DNA of 52,522 nucleotides from a virus (Duplodnaviria; Caudoviricetes). This document shows positions 1 through 9,332 of this stretch, in pieces. The stretch is from positions 1 to 52,522 of the IMG/VR virus record IMGVR_UViG_3300032216_000546; one strand, 5' to 3'. The position numbers were made by a program, and so were the translations under genes. Position 1 is the stretch's first letter. Every line of letters begins with the position of its first letter. The notes under the pieces were generated by a model, which made no database searches, was not told the DNA's origin, and was given only the letters and a program-made list of their open reading frames with translations.

Positions 1-66
1 TTGGCACGATTCTTGCTTGTCTAGCATGTTGGCACGATTCTTGCATGCTAGCAAGATCCATGCCAA
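1..66. promoter_or_regulatory. Cluster of three sigma-54 (-24/-12)-like sites
   Basis: TTGGCACGATTCTTGCT (1-17,+), TTGGCACGATTCTTGCA (29-45,+) and TTGGCATGGATCTTGCT (50-66,-). All have GG-N10-GC spacing; the first two match YTGGCACGRNNNTTGCW. Confidence 0.6.
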
Positions 67-262
67 TGTGGGGGCCTTTTTGTTTTGACTATACCCCTTT
101 TAGGGTCCCATCGCTCCAGGCCCGGGCGGGGGCCCCACAAAGAGCAAGTTTTTGCAAAATATTTACATAAATTTACAAAGCAAGCAAAATGTCAGAAAAA
201 CATACAATTTTTTTATTTTTGTAAAAAATTAACAATTATGTATACAAAAGTACTACTTTTAC

Positions 263-423
263 TAATAACCCTACTGGCATTGTGTGTAGGATGTGTAGGG
301 TAGGCAGGGTCTATTTGTGTTGTACTCTTCTTTTTTTTTTTTTTTTTTTTTTTAAAAAATAATAAAGTGACAAAGACCCTGCCTACCCAACACATCCTAC
401 ACACACTGGCAGTAGGGTTATTA
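263..423. repeat. 50-bp imperfect inverted repeat flanking an AT-rich spacer with T23; candidate origin or packaging control element
   Basis: Arms 263-312 and 374-423 match at 47/50. The spacer contains T23 (331-353) followed by A6. Confidence 0.9.
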
Positions 424-471
424 TTTGATTGGGGCGCGCATCATCTGGAAAATGGGTGGTTAGGGTCAGAC

Positions 472-1350
472 ATGGGAATTGACGCCAAGACGCCCATCCC
501 TACGGTTTCTGGATGGAAGCCGGCGCGGGCTATCACCGCAGGGGACGAGGTATTTTCTTTTGATGGAACACCGACTAAAGTCCTGTCCACCCAACTCTAC
601 ACTCCGGCGGAGTGTTTCAAGATTTGGTTTGAGGACGGAGTGACGTTGGTGGTTGACGCGCGAACTGGTATTCCCATCATACCGAACATGAAGATCAGGA
701 CCCTGGGCGAGTGGACTCGCACAAGGCGCCGAACCAGTGAATACACCATAGAGCCGTTGGGTCCCCGCCTCCTACTGGAGAAATCCAAGGACAGGCACTT
801 GGTACCTAACTGCCACCCGCTCAAGATGCCAAGGCGCAACTTGCCGGTGGACCCTTTTGTATTTGGACAATGGTACAACGACCGAGGCGCAAAACGCCGG
901 CGTGAAAGGGTTGACATTACAAGGGAGCTTATCGAACGCTACCCGATGATACCCACGGATATTCCAGAAGAGTATTTGTTTGCGTCCTTTGAACAGCGGT
1001 TGGCTTTGCTAAGAGGGATTCTTTCACAGCGAAAGCACTGCTTTGATCCTAAGCACGGCGACTTTAAGTTTGCGACACGAAGCGTCAAGGTGCTACGGCA
1101 GGTTCAAAACTTGGTTGAGTCCCTTGGGTTGCGGTCAAGGATTATGCAAGGTGGCCGTGGTTTTTGGCACACACTTAGGTTCAGGTCTCTGCTTAGGTTG
1201 GTTGAGAACCAAACACCACATAGGGCAATAGCAAGGCATGACTGTCGGGTCATCACCAAAGTGGAAAGTATTCCACCGAGGGAATGTGTTTACATTAAAT
1301 CAGAAGACACGCTAGTCGTCAGCGAAGGTTTTCTAACAATTTGCCTATGA
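472..1350 (+). CDS. Stand-alone degenerate intein-like (Hint plus LAGLIDADG relic) protein
   Basis: Block A-like TPIPTVSGWK..ITAGDEVFSFDGTPTKV; endonuclease-like DPFVFGQWYND, IPEEYLFASFEQRLALLRGIL and LVESLG; block F-like end. ATG at 472 is preferred over GTG 367, which lies in the inverted-repeat region. ATGA overlap with terL. Confidence 0.75.
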   Translation: MGIDAKTPIPTVSGWKPARAITAGDEVFSFDGTPTKVLSTQLYTPAECFKIWFEDGVTLVVDARTGIPIIPNMKIRTLGEWTRTRRRTSEYTIEPLGPRLLLEKSKDRHLVPNCHPLKMPRRNLPVDPFVFGQWYNDRGAKRRRERVDITRELIERYPMIPTDIPEEYLFASFEQRLALLRGILSQRKHCFDPKHGDFKFATRSVKVLRQVQNLVESLGLRSRIMQGGRGFWHTLRFRSLLRLVENQTPHRAIARHDCRVITKVESIPPRECVYIKSEDTLVVSEGFLTICL

Positions 1351-2786
1351 ACCAAGAACAACAACGCTTACTGAAAGAGTTTGCAGAGAAGAACAAGGGC
1401 TGGCCTAAACCAGAACTGGACCTGGCCCTTTGGCGCGTCAGGTGGGAGCTCACCGCCCTCCCCCACCAGAAAGAACCCGAGGACGGGGACTACGATACAT
1501 TCCTGCTCCTAGCAGGGCGGGGGTCTGGCAAGACACACACGGCATCCAACTGGCTTGGACTGCGTGCAGCGCTCTACGACAAGACCAGGTGGTTGGTCAC
1601 GGCCCCAACGTCCAATGACATCCGAGCGACCTGCTTTGAAGGCGATTCCGGACTGCTCAATATTATCCCCTCTTCACTGGTCAAGGACTACAACAAGTCG
1701 CTCTTCGAGCTGACCCTCAAGAACGGCTCCATGATCCGCGGCATACCAAGCTCAGAGCCTGAGCGTTTCAGGGGTACGCAGTGGCATGGATGCTGGATGG
1801 ACGAGCTGTGTGCGTTTGAGTACATTGACGACGCGTATGACCAAATACAGTTTACACTGCGTTTGCAAGACGCGAGACTGGGTCGGGTGCAGTCCATCAT
1901 CACAACCACGCCAAAACCATTGGAGCTGATCATTGACCTCAACGAGGGTAAGGTCGGTGGCGACGTGTACGTGGCGCGTGCGTCCAGTTACGACAACAGG
2001 CAGAACTTATCGCCGTCGTTCTTTAAACAGCTTGAGACCTATGAGGGGTCCGATTTGGGCCGTCAGGAAATTCATGGCGAAATCCTGGATCCAGAAAACG
2101 CGGGTATCGTTAAGCGCCGCTGGTTCAAGAGCTGGCCAGCAAACAAACCAACACCCAACCTGGAATACGTGATTGCGTCCTACGACCCAGCCACCAGCGA
2201 GAAGACACACAATGACCCAACTGCGTGTGTGGTGCTGGGTGTGTTCGAGCAGGAAGACTTTGCTACGGCGTGCATTATGCTGGACGCATGGGACGAGCAT
2301 CTGTCGTACCCAGAACTTAGGCGCAAGGTGCAAGGGGATTACAAGGAGGTTGTGTACGGCGCGGACAACACGTTTGCCAAAGGCAAAAAGGCTGACCTGA
2401 TCCTCATGGAAGATAAGTCGGCTGGTATTTCGTTGATACAGGAATTGCAAGCAGCCCACCTGCCAGTCAGGTCATACAACCCAGGGCGAGCAGACAAGGT
2501 GCAACGTATGAACATTGTGGCGCCGTTGATTGCAAAGGGCAGGGTGTTCATACCCGAGGACCCAAACAACGAGGGCGAGGTCGCCCCCTGGGCCAAAAAG
2601 TTTATTAGGCAAGTGTGTTCGTTTCCGGAGGCCAAGGGACACGACGACTACGTGGACGCGCTGTCTCAGGCATTACGTGTGTTGCGCGACGCCGGCTGGC
2701 TCACGCTGGACCCATTGCCAGATAGGGATTATGACTACGCGGATGATATTGCAAGGAACAAAGCGTACAACCCGTATTCAGCCTGA
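1347..2786 (+). CDS. terL: Terminase large subunit
   Basis: Walker A AGRGSGKT, Walker B WMDE, coupling motif ITTTP, nuclease YDPA and HDDYVDA. Confidence 0.95.
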   Translation: MNQEQQRLLKEFAEKNKGWPKPELDLALWRVRWELTALPHQKEPEDGDYDTFLLLAGRGSGKTHTASNWLGLRAALYDKTRWLVTAPTSNDIRATCFEGDSGLLNIIPSSLVKDYNKSLFELTLKNGSMIRGIPSSEPERFRGTQWHGCWMDELCAFEYIDDAYDQIQFTLRLQDARLGRVQSIITTTPKPLELIIDLNEGKVGGDVYVARASSYDNRQNLSPSFFKQLETYEGSDLGRQEIHGEILDPENAGIVKRRWFKSWPANKPTPNLEYVIASYDPATSEKTHNDPTACVVLGVFEQEDFATACIMLDAWDEHLSYPELRRKVQGDYKEVVYGADNTFAKGKKADLILMEDKSAGISLIQELQAAHLPVRSYNPGRADKVQRMNIVAPLIAKGRVFIPEDPNNEGEVAPWAKKFIRQVCSFPEAKGHDDYVDALSQALRVLRDAGWLTLDPLPDRDYDYADDIARNKAYNPYSA

Positions 2787-2808
2787 CCGGGCGTAAACGG
2801 GTGCAAAT

Positions 2809-2829
2809 ATGGGTATCTGGTTATAGGAG
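2809..2829 (+). promoter_or_regulatory. Phage motif ATGGGTA-N8-TAGGA, copy 1 (putative late promoter)
   Basis: ATGGGTA TCTGGTTA TAGGAG in the gap after terL. Confidence 0.6.
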
Positions 2830-2838
2830 ACCCGTATT

Positions 2839-3036
2839 GTGGAAACATCCTCACACGTAAAAGAAATTAGACAATGCAGTTGCATACAGTGTAGGGCAAC
2901 AAGGGAACACAGCAAATCGTTTTCCAAATGGGGAACGGTAAGGACAAAGTACCGGAATATGCTTTCCGAAATCGTTAAGGGCAAAGACCCTGAAAACTAT
3001 AACAAACATTTAGTCACCAGAGATTACGATGCCTAA
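2839..3036 (+). CDS. Small hypothetical protein with CxCxxC
   Basis: GTG start 9 nt after TAGGAG; fills the gap and overlaps the next ATG. Confidence 0.6.
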   Translation: METSSHVKEIRQCSCIQCRATREHSKSFSKWGTVRTKYRNMLSEIVKGKDPENYNKHLVTRDYDA

Positions 3037-4705
3037 TTTTATAAAAACACCAACACAAATGATGTACGAACAAGCACATATTCCCCACTATGCTGGCGGC
3101 AGTAAGGTAGATGTCTTGGGTCAGTTTAGTAACCGTGTTGCTGACGCAATTAGAAAATACAGAAACGTGACTGGTAAATCGCCCAGTCCAGAAGAGATCA
3201 AACAGCTAGAAGACTACGTTCAGAACTTATCAAAGCCAACACCCAAGGCGCCTGAAACAATGGCAAGGGCCAACGTAGAAACACCGTTTGCGGGGCATTT
3301 TGTGGACCCCAATGGAAGACCTTATCGTACAATGATTGATCCAGTGACGAAACAGTTGACAACCCCTGAGAGAGCCAAGGGTTTTAACTTACGTCAGCAC
3401 ATGCCTGAAGGCTCAACAGCAGAAGAGCAGATGCTCAACAACCAGATGCCAAGTCAGTTTGGTTCAACTGCAGCAAACATGAGGGCGCGTAAGGGCCAGT
3501 ACGAGAAACCACACATGAATGCGTTTCCGGAAGACGACTTCATGTCCATGGCCAACACAGGCAGACCGTCTTCACGTACGTGGTTAAAGTCATACACACC
3601 ATCAACTGAAGAGTTGGCGGCAAGACAGCATGGAGCTGAAGACATTGGTGCCGCACTACCAGACGAAGAGTTGGGTGGCTTGAGTGGCATGAGAACTACA
3701 CAGGGTGACATCCCACAGATGACAAGTGCCAGTGAGCCTTTGGCCACAAGAGCCATGTCGTTGGAAGCACCAATCAGTGACAGAATATCTGACGAAATTA
3801 TGTATGGCGGTAAGCACGGTGCCTTGGTTGACAAGGTTGTGCGCGACTTCCGAGCACGTGGTGTTGAGCCTGACCATGAAGACATTGTCAACGCAGTCAC
3901 TGCAGAGATCAACCCTCTCCGTCATAACTACACTGGTATCAACCCCATCGGCATGCGACCTGAAGCAACAGGTGGTGGAAGACCTTCGCAGGAGATGTTA
4001 GATTGGAGAGACTTGGCCAGGACGTCTGGTCTGCCTGAGACAGTTGTAACAAAGCATCCAGCGGACTGGAAGTCAACCCACCAGCGTGATTATTTGCTGG
4101 ACACAGAACCAGAGGCGCGTGCCGGTTTTGCAAGGGACTGGACAATGGAAGAGTTGGGCGACCAGCGTAAACGTGCAGTACTTAAAAAAGCCGAGGGAGG
4201 GATGATGATGAGAGATCCCCGTGACCTTCGCGCAGAAATGATGGTGAACGGTTACGCCGACGGGGGAAAGATTTCCGATAGGGATTTGTACGACATGTTT
4301 AATGAGGGCACGTCGTATGAAGACCCAATTGCCAACACAAGACTGAGTATGGAAAGACAGCACTTGGACCCAAAAGGTGACAGCATGTCTGCATACCATC
4401 CATCACCCCGCGAACGTATTGCGGACTTGGGTCAGAGCCTGTTAGAGAAAGTTGGTATTCGTAGACCGATAGCAAGACGCGCATCACAGTCAGTTGTTGG
4501 CGGACCATCAAGCGCGTTGCCTGGTGGGTTTGGCATGTTAGATGCCGCGTCAATGGTCTCCCCTGGCGCAGCCATGGCAATAGCGCCAATGTATGCTGCA
4601 GAGACAGGACACAATTTAGGCCAACGCAACTATATGGACGCAGCATTAAATTCATTGGGTGTTATGCCCGCTGCCCGAGTAATAAAACGAGGCTTTAATC
4701 AATAA
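3029..4705 (+). CDS. Hypothetical protein with xxxGG motifs; probable internal virion protein
   Basis: 558 aa between terL and portal; HYAGG, KAEGG and YADGG motifs; TAATG coupling to portal. Confidence 0.75.
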   Translation: MPNFIKTPTQMMYEQAHIPHYAGGSKVDVLGQFSNRVADAIRKYRNVTGKSPSPEEIKQLEDYVQNLSKPTPKAPETMARANVETPFAGHFVDPNGRPYRTMIDPVTKQLTTPERAKGFNLRQHMPEGSTAEEQMLNNQMPSQFGSTAANMRARKGQYEKPHMNAFPEDDFMSMANTGRPSSRTWLKSYTPSTEELAARQHGAEDIGAALPDEELGGLSGMRTTQGDIPQMTSASEPLATRAMSLEAPISDRISDEIMYGGKHGALVDKVVRDFRARGVEPDHEDIVNAVTAEINPLRHNYTGINPIGMRPEATGGGRPSQEMLDWRDLARTSGLPETVVTKHPADWKSTHQRDYLLDTEPEARAGFARDWTMEELGDQRKRAVLKKAEGGMMMRDPRDLRAEMMVNGYADGGKISDRDLYDMFNEGTSYEDPIANTRLSMERQHLDPKGDSMSAYHPSPRERIADLGQSLLEKVGIRRPIARRASQSVVGGPSSALPGGFGMLDAASMVSPGAAMAIAPMYAAETGHNLGQRNYMDAALNSLGVMPAARVIKRGFNQ

Positions 4706-7479
4706 TGGCAAATATTCCAACACTTCCAATACAAGCCGGCGGCAACCTGTCGGCTTTGGCTTTTACTGAAAATGAAGACACGGGTAAGCCCGACACCGAT
4801 GAAGAAGTAAATCAATTAGCCGATGCGCTTGGATTTGATACAGAAGAAATCGAAGACGACATTATCGAATTGGAAGACGGGTCTGTTGTTGTTAACTATC
4901 AGAAGACACAAAAGCCCTCAGAGAACCCAGATTTCTATGCCAACCTTGCTGAAGAGTTTGATGAAAGTGTTTTAGACGACTTGGTCTATGAATACTTAGA
5001 CTTGATTGAGGTTGACAGAGAATCACGCAAAAAACGTGACGAGCAGTACGAAGAGGGAATTCGACGTACCGGCATGGGCAACGACGCCCCTGGTGGCGCC
5101 ACGTTCTTTGGTGCATCCAAGGTGGTGCACCCTATCATGGCAGAAGCCTGCGTTGACTTTGCGGCCAACGCGTCTAAAGAATTATTGCCATCAGACGGAC
5201 TAGTCAAGACTGATATCAAAGGCAAGCCGGACATGAAGAAGCTGGACGCAGCGTTGCGTAAAGCTAACTTCTTGAACTGGCAGTTGACTGAACAGATCAT
5301 GGAGTACCGAGATGAGATGGAGCAGTTGTTTACACAACTCCCACTTGGCGGTTCTCAGTACATGAAATGGAGACAAGACAAAGACTTGGGTCGTCCTGTT
5401 TGTGAGTGGATTCCAATTGACAACATTTTGTTGCCTTTCTCGTCGACTAACTTCTATTCTGCACAACGCATAACAGAACAGCAAGACATCACACAAGACA
5501 TGTTTGAGCAACGTGTTGACTCTGGTGAATACCGCGACGTTGAGATATTTAAGGCAGAGCTTGATCCTGACCACGTAACAAAGGCGGAAAAAGCAAACCA
5601 GAAGATTGAAGGTAAGACAGAGCCAACCAAGAACGTTGACGGTCTCAGACGTGTGTATGAGATCACATGTTACTTGCGTATGGAAGATGATCCAATTTCT
5701 GCAGGCAAACGCGCACCTTACATTTTGACCATTGATGAACTCAGTGGCAAGGTGTTGTCTATGTACCGTAACTGGGAATCAGGCGACACAAGAATGCGTA
5801 AGCTCGATTGGATTGTCGAGTACAAGTTTATACCGTGGCGCGGTGCCTATGGTATTGGCATGCCACACTTGATCGGTGGCCTTGCTGCTGCATTGACTGG
5901 ATCATTGCGCGCTTTGATGGATGCGGCGCACATCAACAACAGCCAGACATTGTTGAAACTCAAAGGTGGCAGGATCGGTGGTCAGTCAGACCGCATCGAG
6001 CCAACTCAGGTCGTTGAGATCGAGGGTTCCCCTGGAATTGACGACGTGCGTAAGTTGGCCATGCCAATGCCGTTCAATCCTCCATCAAGTGTGCTGTACA
6101 ACTTGTTGGGCTGGTTAACAGACGCCGCTAAGGGTGTTGTTAAAACCAGCGAGTCCAGCGTTGCGGATGCAAATAGCAACATGCCAGTGGGCACTACACA
6201 GGCGTTGATCGAGCAAGGCTCTAAGGTATTCTCCAGCATTCACGCAAGACTGCACAGGTCCCAGGCTAAGAGCTTGCAAATTTTGTCTCGCTTGAACTAC
6301 TGGTACTTGGAAGACATGGAAAATTTGTCTGGCCAAGAGATTGCTGTAGAAGATTTTGCTGACAACAGCGATGTCAGCCCAATTTCTGACCCAAACATCT
6401 TCAGCGAAACACAAAGACTGACACAAGCACAGGGTGTTTTACAGTTGGCTGAAAAATCACCACAAATGTACGACTTGCGTGAAGCCAATTTGCGTATTTT
6501 GAAGTTGATGAAGGTGCCAGACGTCGATAAGATACTGCCAAATCCGCAAGGAACCACCGAAAGCAACCCAGCACTGGAAAATGTGCAGATGACCATGGGT
6601 AAACCAGCGGCTGCTTTCCCTGACCAAGAGCACTTAGAGCACATCAAGGTGCATTTGGCGTACACAATGGACCCAGCGTATGGTGGTAGTCCAGTTATTG
6701 CGCCTGCATTGATGCCGTTGATGCTCGATCACATCAAACAACACTTGACCTTGCACTATTTGCAGTCAATGCGCAACTATGTTTCTCACGCCGCTGGTGG
6801 CGAGGACGTGTTTAAGCTCCATGAAGAGCGTAAGTTGGACAAAGAGGCACAAGCAGCGTTGTCTGCGGCCGCTCAACTGGTCAACAAAGACTCTGCGGCG
6901 TCATTTGCACCCATCATGCCAATTGTTAACAACATGGTACAGCAGGTACAAAAAACACAGCAAGCCAAAATGCAACAAATGGCCGCAAGCGACCCAACTG
7001 CACAGGCACTGGTTCAAACTCAGATGGCAGAGACCAAGCGCAAGACCGACGAGGCCGTTGCCAAACTGCAATTAGAGCGCGAGAAGATGCAAATGGAGAT
7101 GCAAGACAAAATCAGGGACATGCAAGCAGCGGTTCAAGAGCTACAAGCTAAGTTGGGACTGGAACAACAGCTAAAGAGCCAGGACAACGCCGTTAAAGTG
7201 GCCATGGCGGACATTAACAACTCTTCACGAGAAAGAATTGCTGAGATATCAGCAAAACAGCAACTGACCGCAACGGAAATGCAGCAACAGCATGCGCAAA
7301 ACCAAACCGCGTTAGAGGCAGAGACACAAGCGTATGCGGACTTACGCGCACACGGCATTCAACAAGCGCAAGCTGAACAACAGCAAGCACACGAGGCAAC
7401 CATGCAAGCACAACAACAACTTGCGCAACAACAACAGCAACCAATAGGAGCACAAAATGGCAACATCAATGAACAATGA
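4705..7479 (+). CDS. Portal protein (P22-like, long Gln-rich coiled-coil C-terminus)
   Basis: Position after terL; GASKVVHPIMAEACVDF, FLNWQLTE and YKFIPWRGAYGIG motifs; helical Q/A-rich tail. Confidence 0.85.
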   Translation: MANIPTLPIQAGGNLSALAFTENEDTGKPDTDEEVNQLADALGFDTEEIEDDIIELEDGSVVVNYQKTQKPSENPDFYANLAEEFDESVLDDLVYEYLDLIEVDRESRKKRDEQYEEGIRRTGMGNDAPGGATFFGASKVVHPIMAEACVDFAANASKELLPSDGLVKTDIKGKPDMKKLDAALRKANFLNWQLTEQIMEYRDEMEQLFTQLPLGGSQYMKWRQDKDLGRPVCEWIPIDNILLPFSSTNFYSAQRITEQQDITQDMFEQRVDSGEYRDVEIFKAELDPDHVTKAEKANQKIEGKTEPTKNVDGLRRVYEITCYLRMEDDPISAGKRAPYILTIDELSGKVLSMYRNWESGDTRMRKLDWIVEYKFIPWRGAYGIGMPHLIGGLAAALTGSLRALMDAAHINNSQTLLKLKGGRIGGQSDRIEPTQVVEIEGSPGIDDVRKLAMPMPFNPPSSVLYNLLGWLTDAAKGVVKTSESSVADANSNMPVGTTQALIEQGSKVFSSIHARLHRSQAKSLQILSRLNYWYLEDMENLSGQEIAVEDFADNSDVSPISDPNIFSETQRLTQAQGVLQLAEKSPQMYDLREANLRILKLMKVPDVDKILPNPQGTTESNPALENVQMTMGKPAAAFPDQEHLEHIKVHLAYTMDPAYGGSPVIAPALMPLMLDHIKQHLTLHYLQSMRNYVSHAAGGEDVFKLHEERKLDKEAQAALSAAAQLVNKDSAASFAPIMPIVNNMVQQVQKTQQAKMQQMAASDPTAQALVQTQMAETKRKTDEAVAKLQLEREKMQMEMQDKIRDMQAAVQELQAKLGLEQQLKSQDNAVKVAMADINNSSRERIAEISAKQQLTATEMQQQHAQNQTALEAETQAYADLRAHGIQQAQAEQQQAHEATMQAQQQLAQQQQQPIGAQNGNINEQ

Positions 7480-7642
7480 CATGGGTTTTCGTAAAAACTA
7501 CAAGATCACAGGCAAACCTGGATACGCAGGCGGACCTGGCTCACCAGTAGAGAGCGGACCCTCTGGATCAAAGCGTGCAGACAACGCAAAGATTGCATTG
7601 GCACAAGTTCCGCCAGTAAATAGCCGCGGCTTGAAAAAGTAA
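7457..7642 (+). CDS. Small basic hypothetical protein
   Basis: AGGAG RBS upstream; 61 aa. Confidence 0.6.
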   Translation: MATSMNNDMGFRKNYKITGKPGYAGGPGSPVESGPSGSKRADNAKIALAQVPPVNSRGLKK

Positions 7643-7695
7643 GGGCGGAAAAACAACACATTATGTGTTGTTAGAGTTACAAAGGAGGATTTTTG

Positions 7696-7896
7696 ATGAA
7701 AGATCCGATTTACGAAACAATCTTCAGAATTAAGCAGGCTAAACAAGATTTAGCTGAGGCCTGTTTAAATGGAGTCGACACTTGGGAACGATACACCCAA
7801 ATTGTCGGACGTGGCCAGGGTCTGCAAGAGACCTTGGATATTATAGATCAAATCCTGTTAGAGGATGAGGAACGTTTAAATGAGTACAGAAAGTAA
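7696..7896 (+). CDS. Small hypothetical head-module protein
   Basis: Strong AAGGAGG RBS; directly precedes the GroES-like gene. Confidence 0.7.
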   Translation: MKDPIYETIFRIKQAKQDLAEACLNGVDTWERYTQIVGRGQGLQETLDIIDQILLEDEERLNEYRK

Positions 7897-8311
7897 ATAT
7901 GAGGTTGATGGTCGGAGTGAGTCTGACTGTTTCCCGGATGTCGATCCAGGAGTACAACCACAAGGCAACAGAATCGTTGTCCAGTTACGGAAAGCCAAAG
8001 ATTTAAGTAAGGGTGGAATCATCCTGATCAACGACACTAAGGCAACCGAAAAATGGAACGAGGTAATCGCAAAGGTAGTTAAAATTGGCCCCCTGGCATA
8101 TAGGGACACCAACACACTACAACCATGGCCTGAAGGTGCGTGGGCAGAACCAGGTGACCTGGTGCGTGTTATCAAGTACGGTGGGGATCGCTGGGCGATA
8201 CCTAACGGTAACGGTGAGGTTGTGTTTATCATTTTGCAAGACAGAGAAGTCATTTGCAAAATTGATAGTTTTGAAACAGCAAGGACAATGTTCCCTGCGT
8301 TCGTAGAATAA
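7880..8311 (+). CDS. groES: GroES-like co-chaperonin (Cpn10)
   Basis: QPQGNRIVVQ, SKGGIIL, AKVVKIGPLAY, GDLVRVIKYGG and ILQDREVI match the Cpn10 pattern. Confidence 0.85.
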   Translation: MSTESKYEVDGRSESDCFPDVDPGVQPQGNRIVVQLRKAKDLSKGGIILINDTKATEKWNEVIAKVVKIGPLAYRDTNTLQPWPEGAWAEPGDLVRVIKYGGDRWAIPNGNGEVVFIILQDREVICKIDSFETARTMFPAFVE

Positions 8312-8320
8312 GGATTTCGT

Positions 8321-9322
8321 ATGAAAGCCATGCAAAAAGTAGAACAGCAAGCAGACATTCCAATCAAAGAACGCAATGACGGCACAGTGTTGGCCGCGTT
8401 AAGTGAGAAGGATGATCCATTCTTGGACCATGAAGATGACACTTCAAGCAATTCGCCAGAGCATAATGATGGCGGTAATGAAGATGACCAGCATGATGAC
8501 CAAGATGAAGGAAACAGCGGCGAAACTGATGAAGAGCGTGAAGCGATAAGAGAAGCTCGTCGTGAGGAGCGTAAGCTCAAGAAAGAACTTACTAAGCAAC
8601 GTGAAGTAAGCGCAAAACATAAGATCAGTGCGTTGGAGCGCCGTAACGAAGACTTGGCTAGAAGGCTGGCACAGGTTGAGAACGCGGCAGTAGGCTTCCA
8701 ATTTGCTCAGGTCGACAGGCTCATCGAGGATGAGGCAACTCGCGTAGAGTACGCGAAAATGAAAATGACGCAGGCTGCACAAGCTGGCGACATGGCTAGT
8801 CAGGTTGAGTACATGGACCAATACCATGATGCTAAAAACAAACTGGCTCAGGCACAGATGTTTAAGAAACAGCAACTCGAAGACGCAAAGCGTCCTAAGA
8901 GCAATGTTCCTAGTGCAAGCAGTGAGGCAGTGCAAGCAAACGCAACCTCCTGGTTGAAGAGTAATAGCTGGTATGACCCAAGTGGTCAGGACACGGATAG
9001 TCGCATTGCCAAGGTAATTGACAATGCATTAGCAAGCGAAGGATGGGATCCATCAGACCCAGAGTACTGGGACGAATTGGACAATCGATTGAAAGAGCGT
9101 TTACCTCATAGGTATACGGGCAAAACGGGTGGTAATAGAAACCGCCGAAGCGGCACTTCAAGTGGTCGCTCTGACGTAAGTGGTAGCTCAACAGCTAAGA
9201 ACACATTTACATTGAGCAGAGACCGCGTGCAAGCGCTTAAGGACGCAGGTATGTGGGATGACCCCGACAAGCGTGCTAAAGCAATACGCCGCTATGCAGA
9301 TTTTGACCGTAACAATAAATAA
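8321..9322 (+). CDS. Putative scaffolding protein
   Basis: Acidic N-terminus and long coiled coil; upstream of the capsid genes. Confidence 0.65.
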   Translation: MKAMQKVEQQADIPIKERNDGTVLAALSEKDDPFLDHEDDTSSNSPEHNDGGNEDDQHDDQDEGNSGETDEEREAIREARREERKLKKELTKQREVSAKHKISALERRNEDLARRLAQVENAAVGFQFAQVDRLIEDEATRVEYAKMKMTQAAQAGDMASQVEYMDQYHDAKNKLAQAQMFKKQQLEDAKRPKSNVPSASSEAVQANATSWLKSNSWYDPSGQDTDSRIAKVIDNALASEGWDPSDPEYWDELDNRLKERLPHRYTGKTGGNRNRRSGTSSGRSDVSGSSTAKNTFTLSRDRVQALKDAGMWDDPDKRAKAIRRYADFDRNNK

Positions 9323-9332
9323 GAGGTGAGAC

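Noticed and set aside
1-66. CRISPR-like repeat array
   Set aside because: Only two 16-bp direct copies with a 12-bp gap. The DUF2800 protein is a common stand-alone phage nuclease and no cas operon is present.
85-404. ORFs 85-303 (+) and 213-404 (-, poly-Lys)
   Set aside because: They run through the inverted repeat and T23 tract with no RBS, so they are by-products of non-coding structure.
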